Positions 21,030 through 30,043 of a stretch of DNA of 36,304 bases are shown here, in pieces (positions within the stretch are counted from its first letter, which is position 1; each line of letters starts with the position of its first letter). The DNA is taken from the NCBI GenBank assembly GCA_044339175.1, contig JBIIVZ010000001.1, positions 1-36,304 of the forward strand, written 5' to 3'. Both the position numbers and the translations under genes were made by a program. Below the pieces are notes generated by a model. It had not been told where the DNA came from. It ran no database searches and saw nothing but the letters and a program-made list of their open reading frames with translations. The DNA is from Roseateles sp. Lineage in GTDB: Bacteria > Pseudomonadota > Gammaproteobacteria > Burkholderiales > Burkholderiaceae_C.

Positions 21030-23336
21030 ATGCCCTCATTTTTAAGATTTGGTGCGCCCAAGCGGCCCGCATTCCTGACCCTGGCCCTTGCGGCCGCTCT
21101 GCAGTCAGGCGTCGCCTGGGCAGTTGACCCGTTCATACTCAAGGACATCCGCGTTGAAGGCCTGAACCGGACCGATCCCGGCACCGTGTTCGCGTCGCTG
21201 CCGTTCCGCATCGGTGACAACTACAACGACGAGAAGGGCGCTGCCGCCATTCGCGCCTTGTTCGCGACCGGCCTGTTCAAAGACGTGCGCATCAACATCG
21301 ACGACAAGTCGGTGGTGGTGATCATCGAAGAGCGCTCGATCATTGCCAACGTCAGCTTTGTCGGGCTGAAGGAATTCGACACCGAGGCGCTGAGCAAATC
21401 GCTGAAGGAAGTCGGCATCGGTGAAGGGAAGCCGTTCGACAAGGCGCTGGCCGACCGTGCCGAACAAGAGCTGAAGCGTCAGTATTTGACCCGCAGCCTG
21501 TACGGTGCCGAGGTCACCACGACGATCACGCCGCTGGAGCGCAACCGCGTCAACGTCAGCTTTACCGTCACCGAAGGCGAGCCTGCCAAGATCGGCGAGG
21601 TCCGTATTCTGGGCAATAAGGTGTTTTCTGAGAGCACTTTGAGCGGCCTGTTGGAGCAGACCTCCAGCGGCTGGTTGACTTGGTACACCAAGACCGATCG
21701 CTATTCGCGCGCCAAGCTGAATGCCGACCTCGAGACGCTGCGGTCTTATTACTTGAACCGGGGTTATCTGGAATTTGCGGTCACTTCGACCCAGGTGACG
21801 ATTTCACCCGACAAGCAAAGCATCAACCTCGCCATCACCATCAGCGAAGGTCAGCCGTACACGGTCACGGCGGTCAAGCTGGAGGGCGAGTTCCTCGGAC
21901 GCGAGCAGGATTTCAAGAACTTGGTCATGCTGAAGCCGGGTCAGCCTTACCAAGGCGAAGCGGTGGCGCAGACGACGCGTGCCTTCACCGACTTGTACGG
22001 CACGTTTGGTTACGCCTTCGCCCGCGTTGAAAGCCGGCCTGAAATTGACCGCGCCACCGGCCAAGTGGTGGTGACCTTTGTGGCCGAGCCGCAGCGCCGG
22101 GTATATGTCCGCCGGGTGCTGATTTCTGGCAACTCGCGCACTCGCGACGAAGTGATCCGGCGCGAATTCCGGCAGTTCGAATCGGCTTGGTACGACGGCC
22201 AGCGCATCAAGGCTTCGCGCGACCGGGTGGAGCGACTCGGCTACTTCAAGGAAGTGACGATCGACACCAACGAAGTGGCCGGTGCACAAGATCAGGTCGA
22301 TGTGGTGCTGAATGTGATCGAGCGCCCGACCGGCAACATCCAGGTCGGTGCCGGTTATTCGAGTCAGCAAAAACTGTCCTTCAGCGGTGCAATCCGGCAA
22401 GAAAACGTCTTTGGTTCGGGCAACTACCTGGGCTTGGAGCTGAACACCTCGTCGATCGGCCGTGCCGTGGTGCTCAGCACCGTGGACCCGTATTTCACGG
22501 TGGACGGCGTGTCGCGCGCGCTTGATGTGTTCTACCGCACGCAGCGTCCCGCCAACTCGCTGGGCGAGGTTTATGAACTGGTGACGCACGGTGCGTCGGT
22601 GCGGTTTGGCGTGCCGTTCTCCGAGCTTGACACGGTGTTCTTTGGCGTTGGTTATGAAAACACCCGACTCAGCACCTCGTCGGGCTTGCCCAACAGTTAT
22701 CTGCTGTACGGCAAGCAATTCGGCCAATCCAGCACTGCGTTTCCGCTGACGATTGGCTGGCAGCGCGACAACCGTGACAGCATCATTTCGCCCACCGTCG
22801 GCAAGTTCCAGCGCGTCAATCTGGAACTGAGCCCGGCGGGTGATGCGCTGTATGCGCGTGCCAATTTGCAATACCAGCACTATTTGCCCATCACGAACAA
22901 GATCACGCTGGGCCTGAACAGCGAGCTCGGTTACGGCGTCGGCATCAGCGGCAAGCCTTACCCGATCTTCAAGAATTTCTACGCCGGCGGCTTGGGCTCG
23001 GTGCGGGTGTTCGAGGCTGGCACGCTGGGTCCGGTCGATGTGACCGGCACCCGCATCGGCGGCAACCGCCGGATCAACGTCAACTTGGAGTTGTACCTGC
23101 CGGTGCCGGGCGGCGGCAACGACAAAACGTTCCGGATGTTCGGCTTTGCCGACGCCGGCAACGTGTGGGGGCCGAACGAGAAGATCGACACGGATTCGAT
23201 ACGCGCTTCTGCCGGCGTCGGCATCAGTTGGATATCCCCGATGGGCCCGCTGCGACTGAGCTTCGGCTCGCCGCTGCGCAAGAAACCCACGGATAGAATC
23301 GAGAAGTTCCAATTCCAAATCGGGAATGCATTCTAA
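21030..23336 (+). CDS. bamA: Outer membrane protein assembly factor BamA
   Basis: Signal peptide, POTRA repeats (DIRVEGL, GNSRTRDEVIRRE), barrel motif GGLGSVRVF, WISPMGPL, C-terminal FQFQIGNAF. Confidence 0.97.
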   Translation: MPSFLRFGAPKRPAFLTLALAAALQSGVAWAVDPFILKDIRVEGLNRTDPGTVFASLPFRIGDNYNDEKGAAAIRALFATGLFKDVRINIDDKSVVVIIEERSIIANVSFVGLKEFDTEALSKSLKEVGIGEGKPFDKALADRAEQELKRQYLTRSLYGAEVTTTITPLERNRVNVSFTVTEGEPAKIGEVRILGNKVFSESTLSGLLEQTSSGWLTWYTKTDRYSRAKLNADLETLRSYYLNRGYLEFAVTSTQVTISPDKQSINLAITISEGQPYTVTAVKLEGEFLGREQDFKNLVMLKPGQPYQGEAVAQTTRAFTDLYGTFGYAFARVESRPEIDRATGQVVVTFVAEPQRRVYVRRVLISGNSRTRDEVIRREFRQFESAWYDGQRIKASRDRVERLGYFKEVTIDTNEVAGAQDQVDVVLNVIERPTGNIQVGAGYSSQQKLSFSGAIRQENVFGSGNYLGLELNTSSIGRAVVLSTVDPYFTVDGVSRALDVFYRTQRPANSLGEVYELVTHGASVRFGVPFSELDTVFFGVGYENTRLSTSSGLPNSYLLYGKQFGQSSTAFPLTIGWQRDNRDSIISPTVGKFQRVNLELSPAGDALYARANLQYQHYLPITNKITLGLNSELGYGVGISGKPYPIFKNFYAGGLGSVRVFEAGTLGPVDVTGTRIGGNRRINVNLELYLPVPGGGNDKTFRMFGFADAGNVWGPNEKIDTDSIRASAGVGISWISPMGPLRLSFGSPLRKKPTDRIEKFQFQIGNAF

Positions 23337-23848
23337 TGACTAGCAAGCTGTTGAAAACGGTGGTGTTGACCGCCCTGATATCCCTGCCCATGGTGGGCCT
23401 GCAAGCGCAGGAGATGATGAAGATTGGCTACGTCAACAGTGAGCGCGTGTTGCGCGAAGCCAATCTGGCCAAGGCCGCTCAGCTGAAGCTGGAAGCTGAA
23501 TTCGGCAAGCGCGAAAAAGACCTGAAAGACCTGGAAGCCAAACTGCGCAGTGCGGCCGAAAAGCTGGAAAAAGACGCGCCGACGTTGGCCGAGGCTGAGC
23601 GCAACCGGCGTCAGCGGGATCTGGTCGAGCAAGACCGCGAACTGCAGCGCAAGCGCCGTGAATGGCAAGAAGACCTGACCCAACGCAAGAACGAAGAATT
23701 GGGTGCCGTGGTCGAGCGCGCCAACCGCGTCATCAAGCAGATCTTCGATGCTGAAAAGTACGACTTGATCTTGCAGGATGCGATCCACTTCAGTGCCCGC
23801 GTGGACATCACCAAAAAGGTGATCGACGCGTTGAACGCCCAGAAGTAA
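23336..23848 (+). CDS. skp: Periplasmic chaperone Skp/OmpH
   Basis: Signal peptide, KIGYVN, coiled coil, YDLIL, DITKKVI; lies between bamA and lpxD. Confidence 0.94.
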   Translation: MTSKLLKTVVLTALISLPMVGLQAQEMMKIGYVNSERVLREANLAKAAQLKLEAEFGKREKDLKDLEAKLRSAAEKLEKDAPTLAEAERNRRQRDLVEQDRELQRKRREWQEDLTQRKNEELGAVVERANRVIKQIFDAEKYDLILQDAIHFSARVDITKKVIDALNAQK

Positions 23849-23851
23849 GCG

Positions 23852-24877
23852 GTGCTGCCGGTCTGCTTGGCTGACGTCGTCGCCGCCTTGGGCGGCGATC
23901 TGCAGGGCGGGCCCGAGGTCATGATCCAGCGCATTGGCCCGCTTGAAGGGGCCGATGCCGCAACCCTCAGCTTTCTGGCCAATCCGCGCTACCAAGCACA
24001 ACTCGGCACCACAGCCGCAGCCTGTGTGATCGTGGCACCAGCGTTTGCCGAAGTCGCCGCCGCACGCGGTGCGGCCATTGTCACCGCCGACCCTTATCTC
24101 TACTTTGCCCGCTTGACTCAATGGTGGGCGGCCAAGATCCGCCCATTGGCTGCGGCCCGAATCCATCCCAGTGCCGTGATCGACCCCTCGGCGGAGTTGG
24201 GCGAGGGCGTCGATGTTGGCCCGTTGGTCGTGATCGAAGCGGCGGTTCGCATCGGCGTGGGTGCTCGGATCGGGGCCCACTGCGTGATCGAGCGCAATGC
24301 CCGGGTCGGAGCCGGCAGTCGCTTGGCTGCGCGGGTGACGCTGGGTTTCGATTGCAGCGTCGGAGAGCGCTGCATCATTCACAGCGGTGTGGTCATCGGT
24401 GCCGACGGCTTCGGCTTTGCGCCGACGCAGGGCCGCTGGGAAAAGATTGAACAACTCGGCGCAGTCAGCATCGGCAACGATGTGGAAATTGGTGCCAACA
24501 CCTGTGTGGACCGCGGTGCGCTGGAAGATACCGTGCTGGCTGACGGCGTCAAGCTCGACAACCTGGTGCAGATCGGCCACAACGTGCGGGTCGGCGCACA
24601 CACGGCGATGGCCGGTTGTGCGGGAGTGGCAGGCAGCGCCGTCATCGGCGCGCATTGCACGGTGGGCGGTGGTGCCATCGTGCTGGGTCACCTGACCTTG
24701 GCCGACCATGTGCATGTGTCTGCCGCCACGGTCATCAGCCGCAGCATCACCCGGCCTGGCCAGTACAGCGGCATGTTTCCCTTCGATGACAATGCGAGCT
24801 GGGAAAAGAACGCGGCCACTTTGCGTCAACTTTATGAAATGCGTAGCCGTTTGCGCGCGCTCGAGAAGAAGAATTGA
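23852..24877 (+). CDS. lpxD: UDP-3-O-acylglucosamine N-acyltransferase
   Basis: [16 protein letters not shown], hexapeptide repeats, [25 protein letters not shown]. Confidence 0.97.
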   Translation: MLPVCLADVVAALGGDLQGGPEVMIQRIGPLEGADAATLSFLANPRYQAQLGTTAAACVIVAPAFAEVAAARGAAIVTADPYLYFARLTQWWAAKIRPLAAARIHPSAVIDPSAELGEGVDVGPLVVIEAAVRIGVGARIGAHCVIERNARVGAGSRLAARVTLGFDCSVGERCIIHSGVVIGADGFGFAPTQGRWEKIEQLGAVSIGNDVEIGANTCVDRGALEDTVLADGVKLDNLVQIGHNVRVGAHTAMAGCAGVAGSAVIGAHCTVGGGAIVLGHLTLADHVHVSAATVISRSITRPGQYSGMFPFDDNASWEKNAATLRQLYEMRSRLRALEKKN

Positions 24878-24882
24878 ACACC

Positions 24883-25329
24883 ATGGACATCCACGAGATC
24901 CTGAAGAAACTGCCGCACCGCTATCCCATCTTGCTGGTGGATCGGGTGCTGGAGATCGAAAAGGGCAAGCGCATCCGGGCGCTGAAGAACGTCAGCATCA
25001 ACGAGCCTTATTTTGTCGGCCACTTCCCGCATCACCCGGTGATGCCGGGCGTGCTGATTCTGGAGGCGATGGCTCAGGCTGCCACCTTGCTGTCGCTGCA
25101 CACCAGCGGCACCGAGTTGGACGAGAACACAGTGGTTTATTTCGCCGGCATCGACGGGGCCCGCTTCAAGCGACCGGTGGTGCCTGGTGATCAACTGCAG
25201 ATGGAAGTGACGTTGGATCGTGCCAAGGCCGGCATTTTCAAATTCACTGGCCAAGCTTGGGTCGGCACTGAACTGGCGGCCGAAGCGCAGTTGATTTGCA
25301 CGATGCGGCGTATCGCGGCACCTTGCTGA
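24883..25329 (+). CDS. fabZ: 3-hydroxyacyl-ACP dehydratase
   Basis: [38 protein letters not shown]. Confidence 0.98.
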   Translation: MDIHEILKKLPHRYPILLVDRVLEIEKGKRIRALKNVSINEPYFVGHFPHHPVMPGVLILEAMAQAATLLSLHTSGTELDENTVVYFAGIDGARFKRPVVPGDQLQMEVTLDRAKAGIFKFTGQAWVGTELAAEAQLICTMRRIAAPC

Positions 25330-25336
25330 GTTGGCG

Positions 25337-26125
25337 ATGGCGATGATTCATCCCACCGCCCAGGTTGACCCGGCGGCGCAGTTGGACAGCACCGTCAGCG
25401 TTGGCGCGTTTACCCTGATCGGTCCGCAGGTGCGCATTGCCGCGGGCAGCACGATTGGCCCGCATTGCGTGATCGAGGGCCGCACGACGATTGGTGAACA
25501 CAACCGCATTTTTCAGTTCAACTCCATCGGAGCTGTGCCGCAGGACATGAAATATGCCGGTGAGCCGACCGAGCTGGTGCTGGGCGATCGCAATGTCATT
25601 CGCGAGTTCTGCACCCTCAATCTGGGCACGGCACAAGATGGTGGCGTGACGCGCATCGGCTCCGACAACTGGATCATGGCTTATGTGCACATCGCCCATG
25701 ATGTGCAGTTGGGCAGTCACACGGTGCTGGCCAATGCCGCGACGCTGGCTGGCCATGTGCAGGTGGGCGACTGGGCCACGATTGGCGGGCTGAGCGGCGT
25801 GCATCAGTTCGTCAAGATCGGTGCTCACGCGATGATCGGTTTTCAAGGTCATGTGGCGCAAGATGTGCCGCCTTTCATCACCGTGGACGGCAACCCGTTG
25901 GCGGCTCGTGCGGTCAATGTGGTGGGCTTGCGGCGCCGCGGGTTCACCCCCGAACGGATTGCGGTGATCCGGCAGATGTACAAGTTCTTGTATCGCGAGT
26001 CACTGACGCTGGAGCAAGCTGTGGCGGCGATTGAAGGCCTGCGTGGCCAGGACGCGGCGGCCGATGCCGACATCGACACCATGCTGCCCTTTTTGGTCGC
26101 GGCCAAGCGCGGCATCGTGCGCTAG
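25337..26125 (+). CDS. lpxA: Acyl-ACP--UDP-GlcNAc O-acyltransferase
   Basis: [39 protein letters not shown]-terminal RGIVR. Confidence 0.97.
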   Translation: MAMIHPTAQVDPAAQLDSTVSVGAFTLIGPQVRIAAGSTIGPHCVIEGRTTIGEHNRIFQFNSIGAVPQDMKYAGEPTELVLGDRNVIREFCTLNLGTAQDGGVTRIGSDNWIMAYVHIAHDVQLGSHTVLANAATLAGHVQVGDWATIGGLSGVHQFVKIGAHAMIGFQGHVAQDVPPFITVDGNPLAARAVNVVGLRRRGFTPERIAVIRQMYKFLYRESLTLEQAVAAIEGLRGQDAAADADIDTMLPFLVAAKRGIVR

Positions 26126-26152
26126 CCCGTTGCTTGACCGAAGTGACGTTTC

Positions 26153-26390
26153 AACCTAGATCCGGCAGATGACCGCTCCCCACCGCCTCGGAGGCCCCTT
26201 GTCCATTGAGATTTCCCTGCCCGCGCGCCTTCACCCATTGGGTGAGAACGCTACGCAGCCGATTGTGCCGCGCTACGGCACGCTGGCTGCGTTGCTTCTC
26301 CTGGTGGGCAAGAGCCCACTGCGTCGCAGCGCCTTGCCAACGCACCGCATCGCAGCCCACTCAGCCGCGTCCAACTGCCGGATCTAGGTT
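26153..26390. mobile_element. MITE-like palindromic repeat, copy 1 (apparently complete, 238 bp)
   Basis: Perfect 16-bp terminal inverted repeats AACCTAGATCCGGCAG ... CTGCCGGATCTAGGTT, extending imperfectly to about 24 bp; long internal hairpin; no transposase; a homologous copy at 28141. Confidence 0.8.
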
Positions 26391-26392
26391 CA

Positions 26393-27550
26393 ATGAGTGC
26401 AGTGCCGCCTAAATTTGCGATGGTGGCCGGTGAAGCCTCCGGCGACCTGCTGGCCGGGCTCTTGCTCGGCGGCCTGCGTGCACGCTGGCCTGGGCTGACG
26501 GCGCAGGGTATTGGTGGGCCACGTATGGCGGCACAGGGCTTCGAGGCTTGGTGGCCGCACGACAAGTTATCGGTGTTCGGCTATGTCGATGCGCTGCTGA
26601 ATCTGCGTGAGCTGCTGTCGATTCGCTCGCAACTGGCACAGCGGCTGCTGGCGCTTCAGGGCGACGCGCGGCCTGCTGCCTTCATCGGGGTGGACGCCCC
26701 CGATTTCAACTTCGGCCTGGAGCAGCGCTTGCGCGAGGCCGGCATGAAAACGGTGCACTTTGTCTGCCCGTCCATCTGGGCGTGGCGGGCCGAGCGGGTG
26801 GAGAAAATCAAACGTGCTGCCGATCACGTGCTGTGCTTGTTCCCGTTCGAGCCTGCTTTGCTGCAGCCGCACGGCATCGGGGCGACTTACGTGGGTCATC
26901 CTCTGGCCGACGCCATCCCGCTGCAAGTGCCCAAAGCGGCCAGCCGCGCGGCCCTCGGCTTGGCTGAGCAAGCCGTGGTGGTCGCGCTGTTGCCGGGTAG
27001 TCGCCGCAGCGAGTTGCGCTACATCGCCGAACCGTTGCTGCAGGCTGCCGTGCTGATGCAAAAAGCCCGGCCCGAGCTGCGTTTTGTGATGCCGGTGGCA
27101 CCGGGCTTGCGCGAACTGCTTGAGCCCATGCTGGCTCGCCAAGCGCCTGAGTTGGAGTTGCAGTTGCTGGACGGTCGCTCACACGAGGCGCTGGCCGCTT
27201 GCGATGTGACGCTGGTGGCCAGCGGAACCGCCACGCTGGAGGCCGCCTTGTTCAAGCGCCCGATGGTGATTGCCTACCGCATGAATGCGCTGAACTGGTG
27301 GCGCATGAAGGGCAAGAATTACCAACCGTGGGTCGGGCTGCCGAATGTGTTGGCACGCGAATTCATCGTGCCCGAGCTGATTCAAGACGCCTGCACGCCC
27401 GAGGCCTTGGCGCGCGAGGGCCTGGCCTGGCTGGACGACGCGCCGCGTTATGCGCGGGCGCAAGCCTGCTTCGAGCAACAACATCTGACGCTGCGCTGCA
27501 ATACTGCGCAACAGGCCAGCGATGCCATCGCAAAAATCATCCAACGCTGA
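26393..27550 (+). CDS. lpxB: Lipid-A-disaccharide synthase
   Basis: [50 protein letters not shown]. Confidence 0.97.
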   Translation: MSAVPPKFAMVAGEASGDLLAGLLLGGLRARWPGLTAQGIGGPRMAAQGFEAWWPHDKLSVFGYVDALLNLRELLSIRSQLAQRLLALQGDARPAAFIGVDAPDFNFGLEQRLREAGMKTVHFVCPSIWAWRAERVEKIKRAADHVLCLFPFEPALLQPHGIGATYVGHPLADAIPLQVPKAASRAALGLAEQAVVVALLPGSRRSELRYIAEPLLQAAVLMQKARPELRFVMPVAPGLRELLEPMLARQAPELELQLLDGRSHEALAACDVTLVASGTATLEAALFKRPMVIAYRMNALNWWRMKGKNYQPWVGLPNVLAREFIVPELIQDACTPEALAREGLAWLDDAPRYARAQACFEQQHLTLRCNTAQQASDAIAKIIQR

Positions 27551-28145
27551 GCTGAGTTTGTATTGGACGGGCCCAGGGCTGATGGCCGGTGTGGATGAGG
27601 CTGGCCGTGGGCCCTTGGCCGGGCCGGTCGTGGCTGCTGCCGTCATGCTGGATGTCAGCAAACCGATCGAGGGCTTGGCCGATTCCAAGCTGTTGAGCGA
27701 AAAAAAGCGCGAACGCCTGTTCGATGAAATTCGGGCCAAGGCCTTGTGTTTTTGCATTGCCGAAGCCAGCGTCGAAGAAATCGACAGCCTGAACATCCTG
27801 CAAGCGACGTTGCTGGCCATGCGCCGCGCCGTTGAGGGCTTGCGCTTGAAACCGCAAATGGTGTTGGTGGACGGTAACCGCTTGCCTCAATTGAAAGTGC
27901 CAGCTCAGGCCATCGTCAAGGGCGACAGCAAGGTGCAAGCGATTTCAGCCGCCTCGATCCTGGCCAAGGTTCACCGCGACCGCCAATGCTTGCAGATGCA
28001 CGAGACCTATCCCGGCTACGGCTTTGCGGCGCACAAGGGTTACCCGACGGCCGAACATCTGGCGGCGCTGCTGGTGCACGGCGTCACACCCTGGCATCGG
28101 CGGACTTTCGGCCCGGTGCGAGAAATTCTGGCGAGTCAACCCTAG
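27522..28145 (+). CDS. rnhB: Ribonuclease HII
   Basis: [40 protein letters not shown]. The stop codon lies inside the repeat end. Confidence 0.97.
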   Translation: MPSQKSSNAELSLYWTGPGLMAGVDEAGRGPLAGPVVAAAVMLDVSKPIEGLADSKLLSEKKRERLFDEIRAKALCFCIAEASVEEIDSLNILQATLLAMRRAVEGLRLKPQMVLVDGNRLPQLKVPAQAIVKGDSKVQAISAASILAKVHRDRQCLQMHETYPGYGFAAHKGYPTAEHLAALLVHGVTPWHRRTFGPVREILASQP

Positions 28146-28276
28146 ATTCGACAGTTGACCGCTCCCCAGCGCCTCGGAGGCCACATGTCGATTGAGATTT
28201 CTCCGCCCGTCCGCTACCGCCCTTTGGGTGAGAACGCGACGCAGCCGATTGCCGATTGCCGATTGCCGAATTTAGG
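28141..28276. mobile_element. MITE-like repeat, copy 2 (internally deleted)
   Basis: 28141-28251 aligns without gaps to 26155-26265 (94/111 identical, counted by hand), then (GCCGATT)3-GCCGAAT-TTAGG re-forms the right end. Confidence 0.8.
28244..28271. repeat. 7-bp tandem repeat (GCCGATT)3 + GCCGAAT
   Basis: Read directly; lies at the deletion junction of element copy 2. Confidence 0.92.
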
Positions 28277-28279
28277 ATC

Positions 28280-29059
28280 ATGAGTCAAATCCTGCACATC
28301 ACCTCACGCGACAACCCGTCGCTACAGCGCTTGCGCAAGCTCAGCCAAGACGGCAATGCCTACCGCAAGTTGGGCTCTGTCTGGCTGGAAGGCGACCACT
28401 TGGCGCGTGCTTGTCTGGCGCGCGGCCACGCGGTGACGCTGGCGGTGTTGACCGAGGAGGCCTGCGCTGACCCGGCCTTGCGCGCCTTGGCCGATGCCGC
28501 GCCCCGCCAGTTGGTCGTGCCGCTGGCCCTGTTCAAGATGATCAGTGGCCTGGAGTCGCCGGCGCAAATCGGCTTTGAAGTGCCCCATGATGCCCAGACC
28601 GGCCCGACACCCGGCGTCGATTCGGTCATCCTCGACCGTTTGCAGGACGCCGGTAATGTCGGCACGATCTTGCGCAACGCGGCGGCGATGGGTTTTCGCC
28701 AGGTGCTGGCGCTGAAGGGCACGGCCGCTTTGTGGAGCCCCAAGGTGCTGCGCGCCGGCATGGGTGCTCATTTCGGCCTGCGTCTGATCGAGGGGCTGGA
28801 GCCTGCGGACCTTGACGCCTTGCAACTGCCGCTGGTCGCCACCAGCTCCTACGCCACTCAGCAATTGCATCAGCTACAACTGCCCAGCCCCTGCGCTTGG
28901 GTCATGGGGCATGAAGGGCAGGGCGTTCAACCTGAACTGTTGCGGCGCTGTGCCCTGACTGTGGGCATACCGCAACCCGGTGGCGAAGAATCGTTGAACG
29001 TCGGCAGCGCCGCAGCGATCTGCCTGTATGAATCGGCGCGTCAGAAGTTGCTGCGTTGA
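28280..29059 (+). CDS. TrmH/SpoU-family RNA methyltransferase
   Basis: ITSRDNP, LDRLQDAGNVGTILR, KVLRAGMGA, MGHEGQG, ESLNVGSAAAICLYE (SPOUT motifs). Confidence 0.93.
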   Translation: MSQILHITSRDNPSLQRLRKLSQDGNAYRKLGSVWLEGDHLARACLARGHAVTLAVLTEEACADPALRALADAAPRQLVVPLALFKMISGLESPAQIGFEVPHDAQTGPTPGVDSVILDRLQDAGNVGTILRNAAAMGFRQVLALKGTAALWSPKVLRAGMGAHFGLRLIEGLEPADLDALQLPLVATSSYATQQLHQLQLPSPCAWVMGHEGQGVQPELLRRCALTVGIPQPGGEESLNVGSAAAICLYESARQKLLR

Positions 29060-29061
29060 AG

Positions 29062-29164
29062 CCCGCTTGAAGTGTGGGTAACCGAGCTCGCTACGCTCGA
29101 TCCGTCACCCAGAACCCGCTTGAAGTGTTGGTAACCGAGCTCGCTACGCTCGATCCGTCACCAA
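29062..29164. repeat. Two tandem 50-bp REP-like hairpin units (period 53) between convergent genes
   Basis: 29062-29111 and 29115-29164: cccgcttgaagtgt(g/t)ggtaaccgagctcgctacgctcgatccgtcacc(c/a)a. Confidence 0.9.
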
Positions 29165-29168
29165 TGCC

Positions 29169-29990
29169 TCAGTAACTCAATCTGTCCGGCCGGATATCGT
29201 GCAGTATGGTTGTGGCGATTTCTTCGATCGACTTGTGGGTGGAGGAGAGCCAAGCGATGGAGTCGCGCTTCATCATCGCTTCGGCTTCGTTGACCTCATA
29301 GCGGCAGTTCATCAGGTCGGCGTACTTGCTGCCGGGGCGGCGCTCGTTGCGGATCTGGCTGAGACGTTCGGGGTCGATGGTCAGACCAAAACATTTGCGT
29401 TTGTGCGGGGCCAAGGTGGCGGGGAACTTGCCGCGCTCGAAGTCCTCGGGAATCAGCGGATAGTTGGCCGCCTTGATGCCGTGCTGCAAGGCGAGGTAGA
29501 GCGAGGTCGGCGTCTTGCCGCTGCGCGACACGCCGACCAGGATCACGTCGGCGATGTCGAGATTTTTGGCAGATTGCCCGTCATCGTGGATCAGGGTGAA
29601 ATTGATCGCTTCGATGCGGTCGTGATATTCCTGACTGCGCGCCACATCAGAGAAGCGGCCGACCCGGTGGTTGGACTTGACCTCGAACTCCTCTTCCAGC
29701 GGCTCGATGAAGGTGCCGAACATGTCCAGCACCCGGCCCTTGCAATGGTCTCGCACGACCTTCAGTACGTCTCGGTTGACCAGGGTGGCAAAGACGACGG
29801 CGCGTCGGCCCTCGCGCTCGCAGGTTTCGTTGATTTCCCGCACCACGGCATAGGCTTTTTCAGCTGAATCCACAAAGGGGCGGCGGACATGGCGCGGCTT
29901 GATCGGGAACTGGGCCAGGATCGAATTGCCGAAGGTTTCGGCGGTGATGCCGGTGCCATCCGAGACGTAATACACGGTGCGATTGGGCAT
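29169..29990 (-). CDS. ppsR: PEP synthase regulatory protein (kinase/pyrophosphorylase, DUF299)
   Basis: VSDGTGITAE, RIEAINF..HDDG, GVSRSGKTPTSLYLA, AANYP, SIEEIA; divergent from ppsA. Confidence 0.96.
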   Translation of the reverse strand: MPNRTVYYVSDGTGITAETFGNSILAQFPIKPRHVRRPFVDSAEKAYAVVREINETCEREGRRAVVFATLVNRDVLKVVRDHCKGRVLDMFGTFIEPLEEEFEVKSNHRVGRFSDVARSQEYHDRIEAINFTLIHDDGQSAKNLDIADVILVGVSRSGKTPTSLYLALQHGIKAANYPLIPEDFERGKFPATLAPHKRKCFGLTIDPERLSQIRNERRPGSKYADLMNCRYEVNEAEAMMKRDSIAWLSSTHKSIEEIATTILHDIRPDRLSY

Positions 29991-30017
29991 GAGGAAGTCG
30001 CTCTAGAGTTCTGTTTC

Positions 30018-30043
30018 ATCATAAAGGGGCTTCCCCTTAGAAT
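30018..30043. promoter_or_regulatory. Back-to-back putative -10 boxes for ppsR and ppsA with a palindrome between them
   Basis: TATGAT on minus (30018-30023), TAGAAT on plus (30038-30043), AAGGGG-ctt-CCCCTT between. Confidence 0.45.

Noticed and set aside
26169-26387. 72-aa ORF as a transposase or independent protein gene
   Set aside because: It lies wholly inside the palindromic element with no DDE or HUH motif; kept only as a possible coupling ORF.
29062-29164. CRISPR array
   Set aside because: Only two units, joined by 3 nt with no unique spacer, and no cas genes in the window.
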